Origin: an uncultured Alphaproteobacteria bacterium
GTDB taxonomy: Bacteria > Pseudomonadota > Alphaproteobacteria > Sphingomonadales > SMXR01
Assembly (NCBI GenBank): GCA_937126915.1
Contig: CAKZLM010000171.1
Span: forward strand, 2,688 to 66,687
Length of the DNA: 64,000 nucleotides
Direction: 5' to 3'
Shown: positions 9,399 through 18,563 of the stretch, one piece after another
Numbering within the stretch: the stretch's first letter is position 1
How the letters are laid out: the number at the start of each line of letters is the position of its first letter
Made by a program: the position numbers and the translations under genes
Notes under the pieces: model-generated
The model's input: only the letters and a program-made list of their open reading frames with translations
The model's database searches: none
Told to the model about the DNA's origin: nothing

Positions 9399-9734
9399 AT
9401 GAAACAAGATGATCGCGCCCATAATCGCAGACCCATCCTTTGGTCCGGCACCTTAACCCATGGCGATCACGCAATGGATTGCCAATTATGGAACCTATCA
9501 CCTGGTGGTGCCCGTGTGCGGGCCGGGGCACCCCTTCCCAATGGCGCAAAAATTGCGCTTTTTATTCCCAAAATTGGTGAGCTTAAAGCGGTGATTGCGT
9601 GGCAAGAAGATAACGAACTGGGCGTTAAGTTTACCACACCGGAAAAAGACATTATCGCAATGATGGGTGAAACCGCAGCAGCCCTTGGTTTTGTTGATGA
9701 AGACAAAGACGAAGACGAAGACAGTGTCCCTTAA
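9399..9734 (+). CDS. PilZ domain protein (putative c-di-GMP receptor)
   Basis: A 111-aa ORF with RxxxR-like NRRP and D/NxSxxG (NLSPGGARV) motifs, plus an acidic KDEDED tail. Confidence 0.7.
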   Translation: MKQDDRAHNRRPILWSGTLTHGDHAMDCQLWNLSPGGARVRAGAPLPNGAKIALFIPKIGELKAVIAWQEDNELGVKFTTPEKDIIAMMGETAAALGFVDEDKDEDEDSVP

Positions 9735-9868
9735 GGCAATCACACCAAAAACAATGACTTTTTTGTCGATAGGTTTGTTTTTTACTGGTTTTTAAAACAG
9801 CCATGGATTAGAACCCACTAAAACAAAAAATCGTTCAACCATTTTGATGAAAATGATAGCAAACCATC

Positions 9869-10951
9869 ATGGATTACCAGCTCATAAAGCCCCTAATATT
9901 TAGATTACCCGCCGAAGCCGCGCACAGCATGGCTATTCGCGCCCTTAAACTGGGTTTGACGGGTGTGGTTGAACGCAGCACGCGCACGGTTTTGAAACAA
10001 CGTTTATGGAACCTTGATTTCCAGTCACCTATTGGCCTTGCCGCAGGGTTTGATAAGAATGCCGAAGTGCCCGATGCTATTTTAAAACTGGGTTTTGGCT
10101 TCACCGAATGTGGCACCATTACGCCAAAACCACAGGCAGGCAATCCAAAACCGCGCATTTTCCGCCTTATTCGTGACCGCGCGGTGATCAACCGTTTAGG
10201 ATTTAATAACAAGGGCTTAGAAGAAGCAGCAAGCCGCCTTGAAGAACGCAAACGACAAGGCTGTTATGGTATTGTGGGAGCCAATGTGGGGGCTAATAAA
10301 ACCTCTGAAGACCACATTGCTGATTATGTTACTTGTTTAGATCGCCTGGCTGGATTGGCGCAATATTTTGTCGTGAATATTTCCTCGCCTAACACACCGG
10401 GTTTACGTGCCCTGCAATCAAAACAATCACTAACTGAGTTGGTGACAAAAGTATTAACGGCCCGAAATAAAGCCTATGAAGAGAGAAATTTAGGCACACC
10501 TGCGCCTTTATTGGTAAAGGTAGCCCCCGATTTAACGCCTGAAGACATTGCAGACATTGCCGCCGTGGCGATTGAGCAAAAATTAGATGGCTTAATCATC
10601 TCAAACACCACCATCGAACGCCCTGAAACCCTTAAAGGCCGCAAACGTAAGGAAGCGGGCGGTTTATCAGGCGCACCACTGTTTGAACCGTCAACCCACG
10701 TTTTGTCAGAATTCTACCGCTTAACCGAAGGCAAAGTCCCCCTAATTGGCGTGGGTGGCGTGTCGAATGCGGAACAAGCCCTTGAAAAAATTAAATCTGG
10801 GGCCAGCTTAGTACAAATATATTCTGCATTGGTTTACGAAGGGCCAAAACTGGCCGCTAAAATTGCCGATGATCTGGCCCTTTTGCTTAAAGCGCAAGGC
10901 TATAGCAATATTCGCGACGCTGTTGGCGCAAACCACCGCGAACAAGATTAA
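9869..10951 (+). CDS. pyrD: Dihydroorotate dehydrogenase (quinone), class 2
   Basis: A 360-aa ORF with motifs GLAAGFDKN, NISSPNTPGLR and GGVS. It is full-length PyrD-like. Confidence 0.93.
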   Translation: MDYQLIKPLIFRLPAEAAHSMAIRALKLGLTGVVERSTRTVLKQRLWNLDFQSPIGLAAGFDKNAEVPDAILKLGFGFTECGTITPKPQAGNPKPRIFRLIRDRAVINRLGFNNKGLEEAASRLEERKRQGCYGIVGANVGANKTSEDHIADYVTCLDRLAGLAQYFVVNISSPNTPGLRALQSKQSLTELVTKVLTARNKAYEERNLGTPAPLLVKVAPDLTPEDIADIAAVAIEQKLDGLIISNTTIERPETLKGRKRKEAGGLSGAPLFEPSTHVLSEFYRLTEGKVPLIGVGGVSNAEQALEKIKSGASLVQIYSALVYEGPKLAAKIADDLALLLKAQGYSNIRDAVGANHREQD

Positions 10952-10981
10952 TAACGAAACCGACCTTAAAGGAGGAAAGTT

Positions 10982-11329
10982 ATGAGCATTACAATTTGGC
11001 ATAACCCACGCTGCAGCAAATCTCGACAAACCCTGGCTTTGCTTGAGGAAAAAGGTATCACTCCTGACATACGCCTTTACTTAGAAGACACGCCAACCAT
11101 TGGTGACATTGACCATGTTCTGACCCTGCTTGGACGTGATCCACGTGAATTAATGCGTACCAAAGAAGACGCCTATAAAGAAAATAACATGGGGGATGAA
11201 AGCCTAAGCCGCGATCAACTGATCCAATTAATGCATGATCACCCAAAAGTGATTGAGCGTCCCGTGGTTATCAATGGCGACAAAGCCGCTGTTGGCCGCC
11301 CACCTGTTGATGTGCTGGACATTTTATAA
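10982..11329 (+). CDS. arsC: ArsC-family (glutaredoxin-type) arsenate reductase
   Basis: A 115-aa ORF. IWHNPRCSKSRQTL matches the R773 ArsC catalytic Cys region, and Arg residues sit at the expected positions (LMRTKE, IERPVV, VGRPP). Confidence 0.75.
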   Translation: MSITIWHNPRCSKSRQTLALLEEKGITPDIRLYLEDTPTIGDIDHVLTLLGRDPRELMRTKEDAYKENNMGDESLSRDQLIQLMHDHPKVIERPVVINGDKAAVGRPPVDVLDIL

Positions 11330-11357
11330 GATTGAAAAATCCTTTGTTTATGGTGAG

Positions 11358-11390
11358 CGGGGCCCTTTTATGGCGGCCCCGTTTTCTGTT
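11358..11390 (+). terminator. Rho-independent terminator after arsC
   Basis: Stem CGGGGCC (11358-11364) / GGCCCCG (11375-11381), followed by TTTTCTGTT. Confidence 0.6.
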
Positions 11391-11514
11391 AATATCCCCT
11401 CAAACAAAGCACTTTCTATTTGACGGTGAGGCCTTGCAGGGCTAAACCACCTTTGAAACTTTTAAGAAGGTGTGTATGCTGCACTTTCAGCAGGTAAATA
11501 TAAGGCAGAGCCCT

Positions 11515-13380
11515 ATGGATTTTGAGAATTTGGAATCAGTTGTTATTCGTTTTGCTGGCGACAGTGGCGACGGCATGCAGTTAACTGGGAGTCAGTTTAC
11601 CATTTCAACCGCCTTGGCGGGCCACGAACTGGCAACTTTCCCTGACTTTCCCGCAGAAATTCGCGCCCCACAAGGCACCACCTTTGGTGTTTCTGCTTTC
11701 CAAATTAACTTTGGTTCCAGCCATGTCAGCACGCCCGGTGATGAGCCGGATGTGTTGGTTTGTATGAACCCTGCGGCCCTTAAAACCAACCTGAAATTAT
11801 TACGCCCAGGCGGCATGGTTGTGGTTGATACAGGCGCTTTTAATAAACGCAACATTCAAAAAGCAGGCTATGACAGCAACCCGCTAGAAACAGATTTATT
11901 AGCTGAATATCAAACCTTAGAGCTGGACATCACCGCTTTAACGATGGAGTCGGTAAAAGAATTTGGTTTAGGCAATAAAGAAGCGGTGCGCTCTAAAAAC
12001 ATGTGGACGCTTGGCTTAATGCTGTGGATGTTTGGCCGTGATCGCGGCCCGATCACCACATGGTTGGAAAAGAAATTTGCCAACAAGCCCGAAATTGCCG
12101 AAGCCAATATCGCAGCCCTGAACGCAGGCCATATTTATGGCGAAACCGCTGAATTGTCTTCAGATTTAAAGAAATATCACATTCAACCTGCCAAGCAGGA
12201 AAAAGGCACCTATCGTACCGTGACGGGGTCGGAAGCCATGGCTTGGGGCCTTGCCGCAGCGGGTCAACTTTCTGGTCTTGATGTTATGTTGGGATCTTAC
12301 CCGATCACCCCTGCCAGCCCAGTGTTGCACCAGTTATCCAACATGAAAGAATATGGCGTTACCACCTTCCAAGCAGAAGATGAAATAGCCGCCATTTGTG
12401 CCGCCATTGGCGCGTCTTTTGGTGGTGCCTTGGCTGTCACATCATCATCAGGACCCGGCATTGCCCTAAAAGGTGAGGCCATCGGCCTTGCTATTTCAGC
12501 GGAATTGCCCTTGGTAGTTGTTAATTCACAGCGGGGTGGCCCCTCAACTGGTTTGCCAACCAAAACCGAGCAATCTGACCTTTACCAAGCTGTATATGGA
12601 CGCAATGGTGATGCGCCCATGCCCGTGATTGCCTCATCCACACCGGGCGATTGTTTTTATGTGGCCATTGAAGCGGCGCGTTTATCGTTAAAATATATGA
12701 CACCTGTGATGTTGCTAACCGATGGCTTTATCGCCAATGCGGCAGAGCCATGGAAACTACCAGACATCAACCAGCTTGCCCCGATTGAAGTGAACTTTGC
12801 TGGCAGCAATGACCTTGATGAAGACGGTAACTTTAACCCCTTCAAACGCGACATGGAGACCTTGGCGCGGGTTTGGGCCAAGCCAGGCACCCCGGGCCTT
12901 GAACACCGAATTGGCGGCTTGGAAAAAGGTTTTGATAATGGTCATATTTCTTATGATGGTGACAACCACCAAAAAATGACCAACATTCGCCGTGATAAAG
13001 TTAACAATATTGCTAACGATATTCCTGAGCAAGACCTATTGGCTGGTAGCGAAGATGATGACGTGTTGGTCATTGGCTGGGGTTCTACCCGTGGTGCCAT
13101 TGAGCAAGCGGTGAGCCGCGCCCGTCAACAAGGGCTGAAAGTGGCCCATGCGCATTTGCGCTACATCAACCCATTGCCTCGTAATTTGGCCAATATGGTC
13201 GCGAAATTTAAGCGCGTGTTGGTGCCTGAAATGAACGATGGCCAATTGATGACCTTGTTGCGTGATAAATTACTATTGGATGCAACATCGCTGAGTAAGG
13301 TTGAAGGCCAGCCGTTTAAAATTAGAGAAATTCTTGAAGCCATTGAGCGTGAATGCGCCGCAGCAGGAGACAGCCAATGA
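11515..13380 (+). CDS. korA: 2-oxoglutarate/2-oxoacid:ferredoxin oxidoreductase, alpha subunit (fused gamma-alpha type)
   Basis: About 621 aa counted from the ATG at 11515 (MDFENLESVVIRFAGDSGDGMQ..). N-terminal gamma-like and alpha-like regions are present. It is translationally coupled to korB. Confidence 0.85.
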   Translation: MDFENLESVVIRFAGDSGDGMQLTGSQFTISTALAGHELATFPDFPAEIRAPQGTTFGVSAFQINFGSSHVSTPGDEPDVLVCMNPAALKTNLKLLRPGGMVVVDTGAFNKRNIQKAGYDSNPLETDLLAEYQTLELDITALTMESVKEFGLGNKEAVRSKNMWTLGLMLWMFGRDRGPITTWLEKKFANKPEIAEANIAALNAGHIYGETAELSSDLKKYHIQPAKQEKGTYRTVTGSEAMAWGLAAAGQLSGLDVMLGSYPITPASPVLHQLSNMKEYGVTTFQAEDEIAAICAAIGASFGGALAVTSSSGPGIALKGEAIGLAISAELPLVVVNSQRGGPSTGLPTKTEQSDLYQAVYGRNGDAPMPVIASSTPGDCFYVAIEAARLSLKYMTPVMLLTDGFIANAAEPWKLPDINQLAPIEVNFAGSNDLDEDGNFNPFKRDMETLARVWAKPGTPGLEHRIGGLEKGFDNGHISYDGDNHQKMTNIRRDKVNNIANDIPEQDLLAGSEDDDVLVIGWGSTRGAIEQAVSRARQQGLKVAHAHLRYINPLPRNLANMVAKFKRVLVPEMNDGQLMTLLRDKLLLDATSLSKVEGQPFKIREILEAIERECAAAGDSQ

Positions 13381-14393
13381 ATGAAGCCGTCAAACTGACC
13401 TTAAAAGATTTTACCAGTGACCAAGAGGTACGCTGGTGTCCCGGCTGTGGTGATTATGCGATTTTAAAATGTATGCAGCGCACCTTGCCCAGCCTAACCA
13501 GCGAGAAAGAAAAAACCGTTTTCGTCTCTGGTATTGGCTGTTCGTCGCGCTTTCCATACTATATGAACACCTATGGTTTCCACACCATTCATGGTCGCGC
13601 ACCCAGTGTTGCAACAGGTTTAAAGCTTTCCAACCCTGACTTGGACGTTTGGGTTATCACCGGTGATGGCGATGGACTATCCATTGGCGGCAACCATATG
13701 ATGCACGTTCTGCGCCGTAATGTTGATTTGAACATTTTGCTGTTCAACAACGAAATTTATGGCCTTACCAAAGGGCAATATTCACCCACATCCAATGTTG
13801 GTACGCGCTCGCCGTCCACCCCGCAAGGATCCCTTGACGCTTCGCTTAATCCATGCGCGTTTGCCTTGGGTGCTGGGGCTCGTTTCATTGCCAGAACGGT
13901 TGACACTGATCAAAAGCATATGCCAACCGTTTTCACCCGTGCCAAAGAGCATGTCGGTGCCAGTTTTGTGGAAATTTTCCAAAACTGTATCGTTTATAAT
14001 GATGGCGTATTTGAAGACTTTACCAATAAAAAAGAAGCCGCTGACCGCCAATTGCACGCCATTCATGGTGAACCGCTGATTTTTGGTAAAGAGCGTAACA
14101 AAGGTTTGGTGCTTAACACCAAAACCTTAACGCTGGATTTGGTCACCATTGGTGAAAACGGCATTACAGAGGGCGACATTTTGGTGCATGATGAAACCAA
14201 CCCAACCTTGGCGCAAATGCTGATCAAACTGTCTGGCGAGGGTATGCCTATGGTACTGGGCGTTATTTATTGTGACCCTGCTGAAAGCTATGAAAAAATT
14301 GTTCATCAACAGCAAGAAAATGTCACGGCGCAAAAAGGTAAAGGCGACTTAAACGCCCTAATGCGCGCTGGCAGAACTTGGGAAGTAGCCTAA
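13377..14393 (+). CDS. korB: 2-oxoglutarate/2-oxoacid:ferredoxin oxidoreductase, beta subunit (TPP-binding)
   Basis: The ATG at 13377 overlaps the korA TGA as ATGA. Contains the CPGCGDY motif and the TPP motif GDGDGLSIGGNH. Confidence 0.88.
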   Translation: MNEAVKLTLKDFTSDQEVRWCPGCGDYAILKCMQRTLPSLTSEKEKTVFVSGIGCSSRFPYYMNTYGFHTIHGRAPSVATGLKLSNPDLDVWVITGDGDGLSIGGNHMMHVLRRNVDLNILLFNNEIYGLTKGQYSPTSNVGTRSPSTPQGSLDASLNPCAFALGAGARFIARTVDTDQKHMPTVFTRAKEHVGASFVEIFQNCIVYNDGVFEDFTNKKEAADRQLHAIHGEPLIFGKERNKGLVLNTKTLTLDLVTIGENGITEGDILVHDETNPTLAQMLIKLSGEGMPMVLGVIYCDPAESYEKIVHQQQENVTAQKGKGDLNALMRAGRTWEVA

Positions 14394-14440
14394 CGCATTA
14401 TAAAATAAGATAAAATTACATCTTTGTGAATCTATAAAAG

Positions 14441-14469
14441 CCCGATACACTTTACGTATCGGGTTTTTT
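14441..14469 (+). terminator. Rho-independent terminator after korB
   Basis: An 8-bp stem CCCGATAC / GTATCGGG with a 7-nt loop, followed by a T6 run. Confidence 0.75.
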
Positions 14470-14557
14470 GCATTTTTAGATATTTTTCGCGAAGGGTTTC
14501 TATAGGTTCTCCCGTATAAGAAATAGCGAGGATAACTAAAAAGGCGCATGCAACAGG

Positions 14558-15193
14558 ATGCTGAACGCCGTGACACATAAAAACCATAACCCTAATGACG
14601 GGGGGGCAGCAGAGGTTGATGGGTTAAACGCCTTATCGGATGCCTCGCTTGTTGCGCGTATTGCACGCGGCCAACATGCTGCTTATTCGGTTTTGGTGAT
14701 GCGCCATGCAAACCGATATGTGGCAGTGGCAGAAAAAGTGCTATATCAGCGCCAAGAAGCCGAAGATGCTGTGCAAGATGCGTTTGTAAAACTGTGGCAG
14801 AAGGCCGATCAATTTGAGCCAGAAACGGCAAAGTTCTCAACCTGGTTTTACCGCATTGTGGTGAACCAATGTTTGGATAGAAAGCGTAAAAAGACCGCCG
14901 ATGCGTTGCCCGAAGATTATGATATCAAGGATGACAGCAACGGCCCGGAAGAAAATTTGGTAGAAGATCAACGCGCCCAACAAATGCAGCAAGCGATGGA
15001 TCTGTTACCTGAAAGACAAAAAACCGCCATTGTCTTGTGCTATTATGAAGGCATGAGCAACAAAGAAGCGGCAGATGTGTTGGAAGTGAATATTAAAGCA
15101 CTTGAATCGCTTTTAACACGGGGCCGAAAAGGCCTAAAAGAAAATTTAGACAAATGCTTGGGCATGACAGCGAAAGATATGTTAAACACCTGA
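14558..15193 (+). CDS. ECF-type RNA polymerase sigma-70 factor
   Basis: Region 2 (EDAVQDAFVKLW...FSTWFYRIVVNQCLD) and region 4 (YYEGMSNKEAADVLEVNIKALESLLTRGR) are both recognisable. Confidence 0.88.
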   Translation: MLNAVTHKNHNPNDGGAAEVDGLNALSDASLVARIARGQHAAYSVLVMRHANRYVAVAEKVLYQRQEAEDAVQDAFVKLWQKADQFEPETAKFSTWFYRIVVNQCLDRKRKKTADALPEDYDIKDDSNGPEENLVEDQRAQQMQQAMDLLPERQKTAIVLCYYEGMSNKEAADVLEVNIKALESLLTRGRKGLKENLDKCLGMTAKDMLNT

Positions 15194-15220
15194 TATGTTT
15201 TAACGAAGGACTAAAACAAG

Positions 15221-15763
15221 ATGACTGAACGAACCAAAGAAACCAACTCAGAGACCGCTATCAAGGTGATCACCACTGATCGCTTTGAAGTGATTGTTTC
15301 TGCCTATGGTTCTGATCCTGATCATTGGCCCGATGAGGAACGAGCCGCCGCGCTATCTTTTGCCAAAACTGAGGCGGGCAAGGCCTTGTTGAGTGATGCT
15401 AAAAGCCTGGATCGATGTCTTGACCTTGTCGCGCTAAAACCCGCTGCTGTTGATGATGGCTATTTAGATCGTGTGATGCGCGCTGTTGATCATCTGCCAC
15501 CTGCCTTAGTAGCAGCCACTCAGCCAGCTGACAGCGACGATACTTCTGTTAGCTTTATAGACTATCTGAAAGAGATGCTTGGTGTTAGCCGCCTAACCAT
15601 GGCGATCAGAGCAGGCGCTTTAACGGTTGCTGGTTTGATGGGTATTGCCCTTGGTGCTAGCAACATCACAAGCACTGGTTACGCAACCGCAACAATTGAT
15701 GCCAGCCAACTAGCTTGGGACCAAATGGCGCCTATTGCGGATATTAAAACCATCAAAGAATAG
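15221..15763 (+). CDS. Putative anti-sigma factor, non-zinc type, single TM
   Basis: Lies 27 nt after the sigma gene. Its N-terminal segment is VSAYGSDPDHWPDEERAAA with no HxxxCxxC motif. One hydrophobic segment (LTMAIRAGALTVAGLMGIALG) is present. The call rests mainly on position and architecture. Confidence 0.5.
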   Translation: MTERTKETNSETAIKVITTDRFEVIVSAYGSDPDHWPDEERAAALSFAKTEAGKALLSDAKSLDRCLDLVALKPAAVDDGYLDRVMRAVDHLPPALVAATQPADSDDTSVSFIDYLKEMLGVSRLTMAIRAGALTVAGLMGIALGASNITSTGYATATIDASQLAWDQMAPIADIKTIKE

Positions 15764-15784
15764 CCCTGAACGGATGGAATGATC

Positions 15785-16516
15785 ATGAGCGAACATAAAA
15801 CCCATAACAAAACATTTTGGACCAACAGCCTGCTTCTTGGCTCGTTGGCGCTTAATTTGTTCATGGGCGGTTTTATTGTCTCTCGTTTAATGGCAGGCCC
15901 TTCTTCTCCTGCCCTAGTTAGCCCTGTTCAACCCGTTGCAGCGCTTGACTTTAAGGTGCTGCCAGACAGCATCCCCATGCACGTGCGGGAAGACATTGAA
16001 AACGATGTGCGCCGTAATCAAAAGGCCCTGGAGGCGGCCTATAAAGATTATACCGCGCAACAGCAAAAGATTAATGACCTGATCCGTCAACCTGATGTGA
16101 ATGTGGATGACTTGCGCGAGGCGTTTCAAGCCCTGCGCGATATACAAGCCGAAGTTCAAGGCCCGCTTCACGAATCGATGGCGTTTGCCCTTGCCAATAT
16201 GAACCGCAATGAGCGTGAGCTGATCGTGGTGAAGCGTGATCAAGAATTTCCTATCCAAATTATCACATCAGATGTGACCGATGGTAAGAAATGGCGCTTT
16301 GAAATGGGCGGTAATTTCACCATTGATATGGATAAAATTAAACGCCTCAATCGCTTGAAAGAGCTTGAAATTGAACGTTCTAAAGAACTTGAGATGCAGG
16401 CCAAAGAAATTGTCAAACGAGTTGAAGAAAAAATGAAAAAGAACCAAGAAGACAATGAAGAATTACGCGATTGGCTAGAAGAAGACCGCGAACGCAAAGA
16501 AAATCACCAACCCTAA
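15785..16516 (+). CDS. Periplasmic CpxP/Spy / heavy-metal-sensor-like protein with a KE-rich C-terminal extension
   Basis: Has an N-terminal TM/signal anchor and then helical repeats resembling the Metal_resist/CpxP family. The last ~85 aa are highly charged (KRLNRLKELEIERSKELEMQAKEIVKRVEEKMKK..). The start could be 15779 or 15785. Confidence 0.5.
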   Translation: MSEHKTHNKTFWTNSLLLGSLALNLFMGGFIVSRLMAGPSSPALVSPVQPVAALDFKVLPDSIPMHVREDIENDVRRNQKALEAAYKDYTAQQQKINDLIRQPDVNVDDLREAFQALRDIQAEVQGPLHESMAFALANMNRNERELIVVKRDQEFPIQIITSDVTDGKKWRFEMGGNFTIDMDKIKRLNRLKELEIERSKELEMQAKEIVKRVEEKMKKNQEDNEELRDWLEEDRERKENHQP

Positions 16517-16566
16517 CGCCGAATCACACTTTTACAATGGACGCGCTAATAGGCTGAATTATCAGG

Positions 16567-16977
16567 CTATTTCTTTTGTGCATTCAACAAAAGCTGGACA
16601 ATACGTTCATGGGTCAATTTTTCAGGGGCAATTTTGTTTGTGCAAGAATATTTCAAGATCAAATCTAGGTTCTGAGGTGTGTCCATCACATAGGCCATCC
16701 ACCAATTATCGAAATCTCGCGCCATAATATCAACACAGCCTACCAAGACTACATCACTGTGGCGGGCATCTTGACAAATACGATGATATGTTTCACTGAC
16801 TTTTTTGCGCTCGCCTTCTAAAACTTGGATAAAATACTTTTTATAAAGCCATAATGCACCGGTAATAAAGTTTTTGGAATTATGCACATGAGCAGACTTT
16901 AAAATTGCATCTAAATCTGCGCCTTGATCACTATCAAAACTGCTATAATATGCTAATTGTGTTAATTGTGATGGCAT
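16567..16977 (-). CDS. Stand-alone BLUF domain protein (blue-light FAD sensor)
   Basis: A 136-aa ORF. QLAYYSS supplies the beta1 Tyr, ITGALW...YFIQVLEG the conserved Gln, then DARHSD and NWWMAY (Trp/Met region). Confidence 0.8.
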   Translation of the reverse strand: MPSQLTQLAYYSSFDSDQGADLDAILKSAHVHNSKNFITGALWLYKKYFIQVLEGERKKVSETYHRICQDARHSDVVLVGCVDIMARDFDNWWMAYVMDTPQNLDLILKYSCTNKIAPEKLTHERIVQLLLNAQKK

Positions 16978-17109
16978 TTTCGCTCTCCCAACCTCAACCC
17001 AAGTAATTCTAGTACAATAATTAATCCCTTTACGTTATTTAGCAACACTAAAGATCATATTACGCTAATTTTATATCAGGCTAGGTTTCTTCTATGGCTG
17101 TGCAAAAGA

Positions 17110-17138
17110 TGGACAGTAGCGCTAATTTGGCGTATAAT
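17110..17138 (+). promoter_or_regulatory. Candidate sigma-70 promoter for the SprA-related gene
   Basis: TGGACA (17110-17115), a 17-nt spacer and TATAAT (17133-17138), about 100 nt upstream of the ATG at 17236. Confidence 0.4.
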
Positions 17139-17235
17139 GCTGGGTTAAAGGCGCTGACTATAAGGCGCTTAAAAAAAGTGTGCTTTTTAACAAAGCCCTG
17201 CTTTAAAGAAGAAATCTGGGACAGGTCATCGAATA

Positions 17236-18396
17236 ATGACATCCATAGCACCATATCACGGCGCTGCATTTGCAGGCCATACACCAAAGCGAGAGCTTTC
17301 TAGCTCAGACGTGCCTCGCGCTGGACGTAAGGTGTTATCTGCTTCTTCCTCTGGCGCGCGCACTGGCAAAAATGACAATCTCAAAAGCGACGAGCCTTTA
17401 AGTGTCAACTTCACTAATATTAAGGCACCTGTTAATATTAAGCCCATTGGCCTTAGCAAGGTATCGCCCATCGAAATTGAAATTCAAGAACAACTAACCC
17501 AATTTCAAGGGGCCGTTAGTGACACGATTAGCCAAACCACCACAATCGCGCCCGAAACGGGAGAGCAAACACCCGATGGCTTTCAACGGGCAGAGCCAGC
17601 CCCCTCAGCCGCGCTGACCCAAGCACAAACCCTTGCTGGTGTAATTAGTCGCGCTGAGCAATCGACAGAGTCGTTTGAGAATGATCAACAATTAAGCGAT
17701 GCCGAACGTGAGGTGGTGACAGAATTAAAACGCCGCGACCAAGAGGTACGCGCCCATGAGGCGGCACATAAACGCGCAGGTGGCAACTTAGCCAGTGCGC
17801 CCAGCTATCAATTCACGCGTGGCCCTGACAATATTCAATATGCCGTTGCTGGCGAGGTTTCCATCGACACCAAACCCGTTGATGGTAACCCACAAAAAAC
17901 CATTGAGAAGATGGAAACTGTTCGTAAAGCAGCACTGGCGCCTTCTAACCCGTCGTCACAAGATCGCCGGGTGGCGGCCCAAGCTGAGGCCGTTATTCGT
18001 CAAGCCCGCAGCGACCTGAATGAGCAACGCGACCTTGAGCGTGCTGAAGAAGCCGAAGCAGCAGCCAAAGCAGAGGAGAACGAAAGCCTCTCACGAAATA
18101 ACAATGCCGTGAACAATGCGACAGACAATTTAGGTAATGTTTCTGGTAATGTTTCTGGAAATAATCAAAATATTGATGGTGCCGCCAACACCTTCTCAGT
18201 CCAAAACCAACGATCCAATGATGAGCTAACGTCACTGTTTGGTAATGCCGATCAGGGTCTAAGCCTTGCCCGCCAGCAATCTGAGGCCTATGGCAATTTT
18301 GGCCTAAACAATCGCGCCCAAAACCCCGATAGCAATAATCTCATCGCCGACGATGACCGCCGTGCCCGCCCGCAATCAATCAGTTTGACGATTTAA
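17236..18396 (+). CDS. SprA-related family protein (putative HExxH metalloprotease-like)
   Basis: Carries the family core EVRAHEAAHKRAGGNLASAPSYQFTRGPDNIQYAVAGEVSIDTKPV...TIEKMETVRKAALAPSNPSSQDRRVAAQAE. N- and C-terminal regions are low-complexity. The start codon is uncertain. Confidence 0.65.
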   Translation: MTSIAPYHGAAFAGHTPKRELSSSDVPRAGRKVLSASSSGARTGKNDNLKSDEPLSVNFTNIKAPVNIKPIGLSKVSPIEIEIQEQLTQFQGAVSDTISQTTTIAPETGEQTPDGFQRAEPAPSAALTQAQTLAGVISRAEQSTESFENDQQLSDAEREVVTELKRRDQEVRAHEAAHKRAGGNLASAPSYQFTRGPDNIQYAVAGEVSIDTKPVDGNPQKTIEKMETVRKAALAPSNPSSQDRRVAAQAEAVIRQARSDLNEQRDLERAEEAEAAAKAEENESLSRNNNAVNNATDNLGNVSGNVSGNNQNIDGAANTFSVQNQRSNDELTSLFGNADQGLSLARQQSEAYGNFGLNNRAQNPDSNNLIADDDRRARPQSISLTI

Positions 18397-18563
18397 ATTT
18401 GGCGCATTTTTAGGTTACCATGACGGCATCACCCGTGGCGCGTTCTATAGTCGACCATAGGTAAACGCTGGTAACTCTTTGTTTTCAAAAATAACTCTTG
18501 TTAGGATCATCAAGCATCAAGTAATATGCCTCATTAACGAGAGGCTTATCTGGAAGGACGCTG

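Noticed and set aside
11470-11514. N-terminal extensions proposed by the ORF track: korA 11470, korB 13353, chvI 57622, pyrF 36184, ihfB 35463, accD 37034, cytochrome c' 22769, MCP 25062, PAS 25405, ABC-2 21829, SBP-like 29887, amidohydrolase 4838 and hydrolase 5460
   Set aside because: In each case an internal ATG with a properly spaced Shine-Dalgarno sequence coincides with where the family's conserved N-terminus begins. The longer versions would overlap upstream genes or add non-conserved residues. Downstream starts are used in the feature table.
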